This document shows positions 54,655 through 64,000 of a stretch of 64,000 nt of DNA, piece after piece; within the stretch, counting starts at the first letter, position 1, and each line of letters begins with the position of its first letter. A program made the translations under genes and the position numbers. Source of the DNA: an uncultured delta proteobacterium (GTDB taxonomy: Bacteria; Desulfobacterota; Binatia; UTPRO1); assembly GCA_963797545.1 (NCBI GenBank), contig CAWCPU010000005.1, forward strand, positions 254,108-318,107. Reading direction: 5' to 3'. The notes under the pieces were generated by a model. It had not been told where the DNA came from and ran no database searches. It worked only from the letters and a program-made list of their open reading frames with translations.

Positions 54655-54915
54655 TCACGCCGCATGGCCCTCGACCACCTCGAAGCGGAAGTCCTCGATC
54701 ACGCGGTTTGCCAGCAGCCGCTCGCACATCTCGCGGACCCGCGACTCGGCGCTCTCGCGGCTGACGTCGGCGACCTCCATCTCGAGGTACTTCCCCAACC
54801 GGACGTCGCCGACCTCGGGATAGCCGAGCGCGTGCAACGACTGCTGGATCGCCTTGCCCTGCGGGTCGAGGATTCCCTGCTTCGGCGTCACGAAAACGCG
54901 GGCGAGCCAGCGCAT
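54655..54915 (-). CDS. purS: PurS
   Basis: GILDPQGKAI, VRLGK, CERLLANRVIE. Confidence 0.95.
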   Translation of the reverse strand: MRWLARVFVTPKQGILDPQGKAIQQSLHALGYPEVGDVRLGKYLEMEVADVSRESAESRVREMCERLLANRVIEDFRFEVVEGHAA

Positions 54916-54934
54916 GGGATGCAGAGCCTCGCGG

Positions 54935-55654
54935 TTAGGCAGCGCCGACGCGGCGGGCGATCTCCTCGTACGCCTCCTCGACGCGCCCGAGATCGCGGCG
55001 GAAGCGATCCTTGTCCATCTTCTCGCCCGAGCCGCTGTCCCAGAACCGGCAGGTGTCGGGACAGATCTCGTCGCCGAGGAGGATCTTGCCGTGATGGCGG
55101 CCGAACTCGACCTTCATGTCGACCAGCACGATGCCGCGCTCCTTCAAGTACGGCTGAAGGACCGCGTTGATGCGCTCGGTGAGCGCAACCATCTCGTCGA
55201 GCTCGCCCTTGGTCGCCATCTCGAAGACGAGCACGTGCCACTCGTTGATCATCGGGTCGTCGAGCGGGTCGCTCTTGTAGAAGAACTCGATGATCGGCCG
55301 CGGCAGCACGCGGCCCTCCTCCATCCCGAGCCGCTTCGCGAGGCTGCCCGCGACGACGTTCCGGATCACCATCTCGACCGGAACGATCTCGAGCCGGCGG
55401 ACGAGCATGTTGCGGTCGTCGAGCCGGCGCACGAAGTGCGTCGGCACGCCGTTCTGCTCGAGCAGCCGGAAGAAGACCTCCGAGATGGCGTTGTTGAGGA
55501 AGCCCTTCTGGGCGATCGTGCCGCGCTTCTTGGCGTTGAAGGCGGTGGCGTCGTCCTTGAAGTACTGAATCAGCAGATCGGGATCGGCGGTTGCGAAAAG
55601 CTTCTTCGCCTTGCCCTCGTACAGCTGCTCGCGCGCCTCGACCGACTCGTTCAC
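54935..55654 (-). CDS. purC: SAICAR synthetase
   Basis: LYEGKAK, FKDDATAFN, YKSDPLDDP, DEICPDTCRFWD, DKDRFR. Confidence 0.96.
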   Translation of the reverse strand: MNESVEAREQLYEGKAKKLFATADPDLLIQYFKDDATAFNAKKRGTIAQKGFLNNAISEVFFRLLEQNGVPTHFVRRLDDRNMLVRRLEIVPVEMVIRNVVAGSLAKRLGMEEGRVLPRPIIEFFYKSDPLDDPMINEWHVLVFEMATKGELDEMVALTERINAVLQPYLKERGIVLVDMKVEFGRHHGKILLGDEICPDTCRFWDSGSGEKMDKDRFRRDLGRVEEAYEEIARRVGAA

Positions 55655-57012
55655 GTGCGCCCCCCGCGAGAATGTGGTGCCACCGCTGCGCGCCGCTGCG
55701 ACCGGCGTGACGGACCTCTGGTACCCAAGCCCCGTCGAAAGAGCAAGTCGAGATGCGCGAGGTGTCGCGCCGGATCCAGGAGACGATCGATGTCGGCGCG
55801 CGTGAGGCGCTTTCGCACCTCGTCCTCGGCCGCGAGCGCGTCGGCGAACGAGCGGCCGCCGTCGAGCGCCGCGTGCGCCGCGCGCTGTACCCAACGATAC
55901 GCGTCCTCGCGCGCGGCGCCGGCGCGCACCAAGGCGAGCAGCACGTCCTCCGAGAGCACGACGCCGCCGCTGCGGTCGAGGTTCGCCCGCATCCGTTCCG
56001 GCCGCACCACCAGCCGCTCGAGGACGCCGGTGAGGCGCGCCAGCATGAAGTCGAGCGCGATCGTCGCGTCGGGCGCGATCACGCGCTCGACCGACGAGTG
56101 GCTGATGTCGCGCTCGTGCCAGAGCGCGACGTCCTCGAGCGCGGCGCCGGCGTAGGCGCGCAGGAGACGCGCGAGACCGGTGACGTTCTCCGAGAGGATC
56201 GGGTTGCGCTTGTGCGGCATCGCCGACGAGCCCTTCTGCGCGCTCGCGAACGGCTCCTCCGCCTCGCCGACCTCGGTGCGTTGCAGGTGCCGGATCTCGA
56301 CCGCGATGCGCTCGAGCGCGGCGCCGAGGAGCGCCAGCGTGGTGAAGAGCTCGGCATGGCGGTCGCGCGCGACGACTTGGGTCGCCACCGGCTCGGGCGC
56401 GAGGCCGAGGCGCTCGCAGACGTAGCGCTCCACCGCCGGGTCGACGTTGCCGAAGACCCCGACCGCGCCGGAGATCTTGCCGACCGCGACGCCGCGCGCG
56501 GCGGTCTCCAGACGGGCGCGATTGCGGAGCGCCTCGGTGTGCCAGCCGAGCGCCTTCAACCCGAAGGTGATCGGCTCGGCGTGCATGCCGTGCGTCCGGC
56601 CGATCATCAGCGTGTGCTTGTGGCGAAGCGCGAGGTCGCGCAGCGTCGCGATCAGTCGATCCTGCCCTTCGAGCAGCAGCGCCGCCGCGTCGCGGAGCTG
56701 CAGCGCGAAGCCGGTGTCGAGCACGTCCGACGAGGTCAGCCCGAGGTGGAGAAACCGTCCGTCCGGTCCGACGGTCTCCGCCACTTGCGTGACGAAGGCG
56801 ATCACGTCGTGGCGCACCTCCGCCTCGAGCGCCTCGATGCGCGCGACGTCGATGCGCGCCCGCTTGCGGATCGTGCGGGCCGCGCGCGCCGGGACCTCGC
56901 CCCGCGCCGCCAGCGCCTCGCAGGCGAGGATCTCGACCTCGAGCCAGTGGCGGTAGCGCGTCTCGTCGGCCCAGATGCGCGCCATCGCGGGCCGGGTGTA
57001 GCGCGCGATCAT
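55651..57012 (-). CDS. purB: Adenylosuccinate lyase
   Basis: MIARY, HLGLTSSD, GRTHGMHAEP, SSAMPHKRNP, WHERDISHSS. Confidence 0.96.
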   Translation of the reverse strand: MIARYTRPAMARIWADETRYRHWLEVEILACEALAARGEVPARAARTIRKRARIDVARIEALEAEVRHDVIAFVTQVAETVGPDGRFLHLGLTSSDVLDTGFALQLRDAAALLLEGQDRLIATLRDLALRHKHTLMIGRTHGMHAEPITFGLKALGWHTEALRNRARLETAARGVAVGKISGAVGVFGNVDPAVERYVCERLGLAPEPVATQVVARDRHAELFTTLALLGAALERIAVEIRHLQRTEVGEAEEPFASAQKGSSAMPHKRNPILSENVTGLARLLRAYAGAALEDVALWHERDISHSSVERVIAPDATIALDFMLARLTGVLERLVVRPERMRANLDRSGGVVLSEDVLLALVRAGAAREDAYRWVQRAAHAALDGGRSFADALAAEDEVRKRLTRADIDRLLDPARHLAHLDLLFRRGLGTRGPSRRSQRRAAVAPHSRGGRT

Positions 57013-57013
57013 C

Positions 57014-58441
57014 TCAGCCGAGGGCGCCGAACACGCCGCTGTCGACCCGCTGCCGCCGCAGGTTGCCGAGGAGGACGAGACCGCAGCGCTCCGGCACGAA
57101 CAGCCGCTCGGCGAGCGCGATCACGTCGTCGTTGGTGACGGCGTCGATCCGCGCCGCGACCTCGGCCAACGGCACGTCGCGGCCGTGATAGATCTCGTCG
57201 AGCGCGAGCCGCTCCATGCGGTGCTCCGAGGTGTCGAGACCGAGGAGGATGCTGCCCTTGATCTTGCCCTTGGCGCGCGCGAGCTCGGCCGGCGTGACCC
57301 CTTCGCGTTTCAGCAGGCGCAGCTCGCCGACGATCGCCTCCACGACCTCCGGTACCCACGCGGCACGGGTGCCGGCGGCGACGCCGAGATAGCCGGTGTC
57401 GCGATACGAGCTCAGAAAGGACTCGATCGAGTAGGCGCGCCCGCGCTGCTCGCGGATCTCCTGGAAGAGCCGCGAGCTCGGGCTGTCGCCGAGGGTGGCG
57501 TTCAACACCGCCGCGGCGGCGCGGGCCGGGTCGCTCGCGCCGACGCCGCCGGCGCCGAGGTAGAGCTGAACCTGGGCCAGGCGCCGCTGGTGCATCGCGA
57601 TTCCCGGCCGCACGACCGGCGGCGCGCCGTCGCCGAGTGCCGCCGCGCCGTCCGCCGCCGCGAAGTGCCGCGCCACCTCGTCGACGAACGCCTCGTGACG
57701 GACGTCGCCGGCGGCGGCGACCACGATGCGATTCGGGCGGTAGCGTTCGGCGATCAGCCGGAGGCACGCCGCGCGGTCGAACGTCTCGACCGTCGAGCGC
57801 GACCCGCACACCGGCAGGCCGAGCGGATGGTCGGCCCAGTACGCGAGGTGGAAGAGGTCGCCGACGTAGTCGTCGGGCGTGTCTTCGATCTCGGCGATCT
57901 CCTCGAGGACGACCTCCTTCTCGCGCTCGATCTCCTCGGCGTCGAGCCGCGACGACAGCACGATGTCGCCGAGGAGGTCGATCGCCAGCGTGGCGTGCTC
58001 GCCGAGCACCTTGGCGTAGTAGCAGGTGTACTCGCGGTCGGTGTCGGCGTTGAGGACGCCGCCGATCGCGTCGATCTCCTCCGAGATCTCGGCCGCGCTC
58101 CGGCGCGCGGTTCCTTTGAAGAATAGATGCTCGAGGAAATGCGAGATGCCGTTCCGCGCCGGCGGCTCGTAGCGCGAGCCGTTCTCGACCCAGATCCCGA
58201 CCGCGACCGACGTCAGCCCCGGGACGCGCTCGGAGACCACGCGCAGGCCGTTGCCGAGAACGGTCTTCGCGACCGCACCCGACCCGTCGTCGCGACCGGC
58301 GGTCGCAGCCGGGTCGGCGGCCGCCGCCATCCGGCCGGACGCGCCGATTCCTTCGTGCACCGCGGCAGGCGTCGCGAACGGTGCCGTACCCTGCGCCGCC
58401 GCTGCCGGACGGACCGCTCCCCTGGCGTCCTCCCCGACCAT
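57014..58441 (-). CDS. M16 family zinc peptidase
   Basis: [14 protein letters not shown] (HxxEH), [10 protein letters not shown]; usual position after pnp. Confidence 0.93.
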   Translation of the reverse strand: MVGEDARGAVRPAAAAQGTAPFATPAAVHEGIGASGRMAAAADPAATAGRDDGSGAVAKTVLGNGLRVVSERVPGLTSVAVGIWVENGSRYEPPARNGISHFLEHLFFKGTARRSAAEISEEIDAIGGVLNADTDREYTCYYAKVLGEHATLAIDLLGDIVLSSRLDAEEIEREKEVVLEEIAEIEDTPDDYVGDLFHLAYWADHPLGLPVCGSRSTVETFDRAACLRLIAERYRPNRIVVAAAGDVRHEAFVDEVARHFAAADGAAALGDGAPPVVRPGIAMHQRRLAQVQLYLGAGGVGASDPARAAAAVLNATLGDSPSSRLFQEIREQRGRAYSIESFLSSYRDTGYLGVAAGTRAAWVPEVVEAIVGELRLLKREGVTPAELARAKGKIKGSILLGLDTSEHRMERLALDEIYHGRDVPLAEVAARIDAVTNDDVIALAERLFVPERCGLVLLGNLRRQRVDSGVFGALG

Positions 58442-58463
58442 CGTCGTGCTCGCCGAAGTCGGC

Positions 58464-60560
<2,097 letters not shown>

Positions 60561-60643
60561 GAAATGTGCTCCCCTCCCCGATGTGGGGTCGTCTACTCCG
60601 TGGTCCGATGGCGAGGGAGACGGGTTGGGGACGCGTGCGGAAA

Positions 60644-60925
60644 CTACTTGCGGATACCGAGGCGCTCGATGACGGACTTGTAGCGCGCAACGTCGGTCCG
60701 CTTGAGGTAGTCGAGCAGACGACGGCGCTGTCCGACGAGCTTCAAGAGACCCCGTCGCGAATGATGATCCTTCGCGTGCGTCTTGAAGTGCTCGGTGAGA
60801 TAGCTGATGCGTTCGCTGAGCAGCGCGATCTGGACTTCGGGCGACCCGGTATCGGTCTCGTGCCGGCGGTAGGTCTGGATCAGCTCCTGGGTATGCGCTT
60901 CCGCGCTGCTCGTTCCTTCTCCCAT
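60644..60925 (-). CDS. rpsO: 30S ribosomal protein S15
   Basis: [39 protein letters not shown]; start uncertain. Confidence 0.96.
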   Translation of the reverse strand: MGEGTSSAEAHTQELIQTYRRHETDTGSPEVQIALLSERISYLTEHFKTHAKDHHSRRGLLKLVGQRRRLLDYLKRTDVARYKSVIERLGIRK

Positions 60926-60988
60926 ATCCTTCTCGTCGACGCGGAGCAGTAACATGCGGCTTTCGAGTTGTAAAGTCGGGACCCTCTC

Positions 60989-61029
60989 CGGGTAGTGGTC
61001 CCTTAGGTGTCAACGGGGACCACTACCCG
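60989..61029. repeat. 14-bp perfect inverted repeat between Rhs and rpsO
   Basis: CGGGTAGTGGTCCC-N13-GGGACCACTACCCG. Confidence 0.75.
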
Positions 61030-61050
61030 TCTGCGCTCGTCGCGATCGCG

Positions 61051-64000
61051 TCAGCTGACGACGCCGAGCAGGATCGGGAGGGTGTACGGGAGCTTCAGGA
61101 CGCGTCCCGTGCTGAGCCTCTTGTAGGCGGGCACCACGTCCTTGAGCGCGAAGCGGTTGTGGAACAGTCGCCAGCGCTCGCCTTCGACGACATACCTCGT
61201 CATCGACGGGATGTCGTTCGGCACCGTCGGCGGAAGCTCGATGACGTACTCCAGACGGTTCGGAAAGCTCCGCGTGTCGCGCACGTCGCGGAAGTCGACG
61301 CCGACATGCCAATCCTCACCCGAGAACGAAGTGTAGAACCTGCGGAACGCCAGGACGTGGTCGGTGAGCCGAATCGGCTTCGGCGTGAACGACGCCGCGA
61401 TCTCGTGCGCGAGCTCGCCGGAATTGGCGAGCTTGGTGCCGGGAAGTCTCTCGGTCGTGGTCAGATACTCGAAAACGCCCGTCGCGATGAGCGTCTTCAC
61501 GTCGTCGTGGTCCGAGGACGGAACCGGCCGAGGACGGAGAAGGTAGGCGACGAAGAACACCACCGCCAGAATCGCCAGAACGAGGGCCGATTCGAGCAGC
61601 GACGCTTCGCCCGAGGGATCGCGCGCGTTGATCGGATTCGCGTTCGCGTAGAGATACCGATGCAGCGACACCGGATCGAAGATGCTGCCGCGGGCGGGAT
61701 CCGTCGTGATGAACCGGCCGGTCTGCGGCGCGTAGTAGCGGGCGCGGAGGTAGTAGAAGCCGACGTTCGGATCGAACTGCTCACCGGTGTAGCGGTAGAG
61801 GTTCACGGTCGCGCCGGTGCGCGCGAGCTCCACGCCGAACGCGTCGTAGGTGTAGGTGTCGGTCACGGCGCCGGTCTCGTCGGTCAGCTGGCGCGTCGAG
61901 AGGCGGCCGTCCGTGACGTAGAAGCGGGTCTCGGCGCCGGATCGCGTTTGGCTGATGAGCGAGCTGCCACGCGTGTAGGTGACGACGCTCGCGCCGTCGC
62001 TCTCGACGACGACCTCGGCGTTCTCCTGATTCCTGTCGAGGACGAATGCGGTCGTGACGCCGCCCACCGTCTTCGTCGTCCGCATGCCGTCGGCGTCGTA
62101 GCCGTAGATGACGACGCCCGGGTGCGCGCCGGTCGCGACGTCCGCCCCGATCAGACGATTCTCGGCGTCGTAGTCGTAGACGTCGGTTTGGGCGGCGTGG
62201 CCGCGGGTCTTCAAGTTGCCGTTGTCGTCATAGGTCGACGTCACGACCGATGCGCCGGTCGTCTCGGTCAGCACACGATCGTCGGCGTCGTAGGCATACG
62301 TCGTCACCGTCCCGGAGCGGCTCATCTCGGTCCGGTTGCCGACGGCGTCGTAGGCGTAGCTCACCGTCTGATCGTTCGCCGCGCCGGGCTCGTCGATCGC
62401 CTCCTGCGTCAAGCGATAGACGTGATCGTACGCGTACGAGACGCTGCGCCCGGTCGTCGCCGGCCCGCCTTCGACGACCTGGATCCGGTTGCCCGTGGGT
62501 CCGAGCGTGTAGGTGTACGACGAGAGCGGGCCGTTGGCGTTCTCGTTCACGACCTTCACGAGCCGGTTGAGGTCGTCGTAGATGTAGGTGGTCGTCACGC
62601 CGTTCGGATAGGCGGTCGTCGCGAGGTCGCCGACGGCGTCGTAGCCGTACGTCGTCGTGCCGGCGCCGTCGACGACCGTCGCCAGACGGTTCGCCGCGTC
62701 GTAGGTGTAGGTCGTCGTCCCCTCGCTCGTGACCATCGACGTGCGGTTGCCCGCCGCGTCGTACTCGTACGTCACCGCCGTTCCCGACGCCGCGTGGTCC
62801 TCCAGCATCCGTCCGCGCTCGTCGTAGACGAAGGTCTCGTCGCCCGCCTGCAGCCGCAGGCCGGTGGGGGTGAACGCGTACGGCACGGCGCCGGTCGGTA
62901 GCACCTTCTCCGTGAGCTGGTTGGCGGCGTCGTACACGAACGTCGTCGTCTGCCCCGCGAAGTCGACGTGCGTCACCAAGCGGCCGATCTCGTCGTACGC
63001 GAAGGTCTCGTGCTCGCCGAGCGGGCGCGTCCGCGACAGCAGGTGGTTGAGCGCGTCGTAGGTCATCGTCGTCGTGTGCCCGTTGGCGTCGACCTCGGTC
63101 ACGAGATTGCCGCGCGCGTCCCAGCCGTACGTCGTGACGCCGCCCTCGGCGTCGGTGACGCCGACGAGGCGCCCGGCGTCGTCGTACGCGAACTGGGTCG
63201 TCTCGCCCGCCTGATCCGTCTTGGCGATCTGCCGGCCGGCGGCGTCGTAGGCGGTGGCCTCGGTGCTGCCGTCCGGCAAGACGATCGTCGTCGGGTTGCC
63301 ACGGCCGTCGTAGGCGAAGCTCTCCGCGTGACCGAGGGCGTCGGTCGCCTCGACGACCCGTCCGTGGCTGTCGAACGTCTGCGTCGTCGACGCGCCCGTC
63401 GGGTCGGTGATCGTCTGGGTGTTCGGGCCGTACGCGAACGTGGTCGTATTGCCGCGCTCGTCCGTCGAGCCGACCACGCGGCCGGCCGCGTCGTACGCCG
63501 TGCTCGTCGTCGAGCCGTCCGGGTTCACGACCTTGGTGTTGCGGCCGACCGGATCGTACTCGTAAGCCGTCGTCCGACCGTCGCGATCGGTGACGCCGAG
63601 GAGCTGCGCCGCGGCATCGTACGAGCGCGTCTCGGTCGAGCCGTCCGGGAAGGTCGTGACGGTGAGCCGGCCGAGCGCGTCGTACGCGTAGTGCGTGACT
63701 TGACCGGCGGCGTTCGTCGACGACGCCGGCTTGGTGCCGTCTCCGATCGCGCTGTACGTCGTCGTCGTGTGGCGGCCGAGCGCGTCCACGGTCTCGACCA
63801 TGCGCTGCGCATCGTCGTACACGAACGCCGTCGACGCGCCACCCTTCGTGATCGCGGTCAGCTTGCCGTTGGCGTCGACGCCGAACGTCGTCACCACCCC
63901 GAGCGGGTCGGTCTCGGACGTTCGGAAGCCGGCGGTGTCGTAGGTGAACGTCGACACGTGGCCGAGCGGATCCGTGCTGGTGAGCAGGTTGCCGGCGGCG
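61051..64000 (-). CDS. RHS/YD-repeat protein with Rhs core and variable C-terminus (5' end outside window)
   Basis: Dozens of YDxxGR repeats; core YTGEQFD...YYLRARYY...GRFITTDP...YANANPINARDPSG. Confidence 0.95.
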   Translation of the reverse strand, partial: AAGNLLTSTDPLGHVSTFTYDTAGFRTSETDPLGVVTTFGVDANGKLTAITKGGASTAFVYDDAQRMVETVDALGRHTTTTYSAIGDGTKPASSTNAAGQVTHYAYDALGRLTVTTFPDGSTETRSYDAAAQLLGVTDRDGRTTAYEYDPVGRNTKVVNPDGSTTSTAYDAAGRVVGSTDERGNTTTFAYGPNTQTITDPTGASTTQTFDSHGRVVEATDALGHAESFAYDGRGNPTTIVLPDGSTEATAYDAAGRQIAKTDQAGETTQFAYDDAGRLVGVTDAEGGVTTYGWDARGNLVTEVDANGHTTTMTYDALNHLLSRTRPLGEHETFAYDEIGRLVTHVDFAGQTTTFVYDAANQLTEKVLPTGAVPYAFTPTGLRLQAGDETFVYDERGRMLEDHAASGTAVTYEYDAAGNRTSMVTSEGTTTYTYDAANRLATVVDGAGTTTYGYDAVGDLATTAYPNGVTTTYIYDDLNRLVKVVNENANGPLSSYTYTLGPTGNRIQVVEGGPATTGRSVSYAYDHVYRLTQEAIDEPGAANDQTVSYAYDAVGNRTEMSRSGTVTTYAYDADDRVLTETTGASVVTSTYDDNGNLKTRGHAAQTDVYDYDAENRLIGADVATGAHPGVVIYGYDADGMRTTKTVGGVTTAFVLDRNQENAEVVVESDGASVVTYTRGSSLISQTRSGAETRFYVTDGRLSTRQLTDETGAVTDTYTYDAFGVELARTGATVNLYRYTGEQFDPNVGFYYLRARYYAPQTGRFITTDPARGSIFDPVSLHRYLYANANPINARDPSGEASLLESALVLAILAVVFFVAYLLRPRPVPSSDHDDVKTLIATGVFEYLTTTERLPGTKLANSGELAHEIAASFTPKPIRLTDHVLAFRRFYTSFSGEDWHVGVDFRDVRDTRSFPNRLEYVIELPPTVPNDIPSMTRYVVEGERWRLFHNRFALKDVVPAYKRLSTGRVLKLPYTLPILLGVVS

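Noticed and set aside
61800-64000. Periodic gtcgtag/gtcgtac repeats resembling an array
   Set aside because: They encode the YD repeats of the Rhs protein; no CRISPR repeat-spacer structure or cas genes were seen in the window

Overview
Very GC-rich bacterial chromosome segment. Gene content and Cys-rich secreted proteins suggest a deltaproteobacteria-like lineage such as Ca. Binatia (inference only). Many genes, including pnp, purL and tldD, are broken by single-base indels that look like long-read assembly errors. Housekeeping blocks: DHH phosphoesterase, sirB1-like, lutBCA, tldD-pmbA, E2-lipB-lipA, rnhB, pgsA, nadB, purB-C-S-Q-L-F, M16 peptidase-pnp-rpsO, and tRNAs Gly(GCC), Cys(GCA), Leu(TAA). 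The main accessory locus (21.5-34.4 kb) is an apparently co-transcribed envelope/glycan system: a glycoside-hydrolase/GT2 fusion, an ABC exporter, three paralogous GT-B-like proteins, an inactive transglutaminase-7TM protein and a RimK-like glutamate ligase, interrupted by an antisense exosortase + SEC-C membrane protein pair. Also notable: a CehA/McbA metallohydrolase-HEAT-HupE/UreJ cluster, a tRNA-Leu(UAA) lacking the long variable arm, three perfect palindromes, a hairpin with an anti-Shine-Dalgarno loop, a secreted zinc-finger-like miniprotein, and an Rhs gene with no room for an immunity gene.
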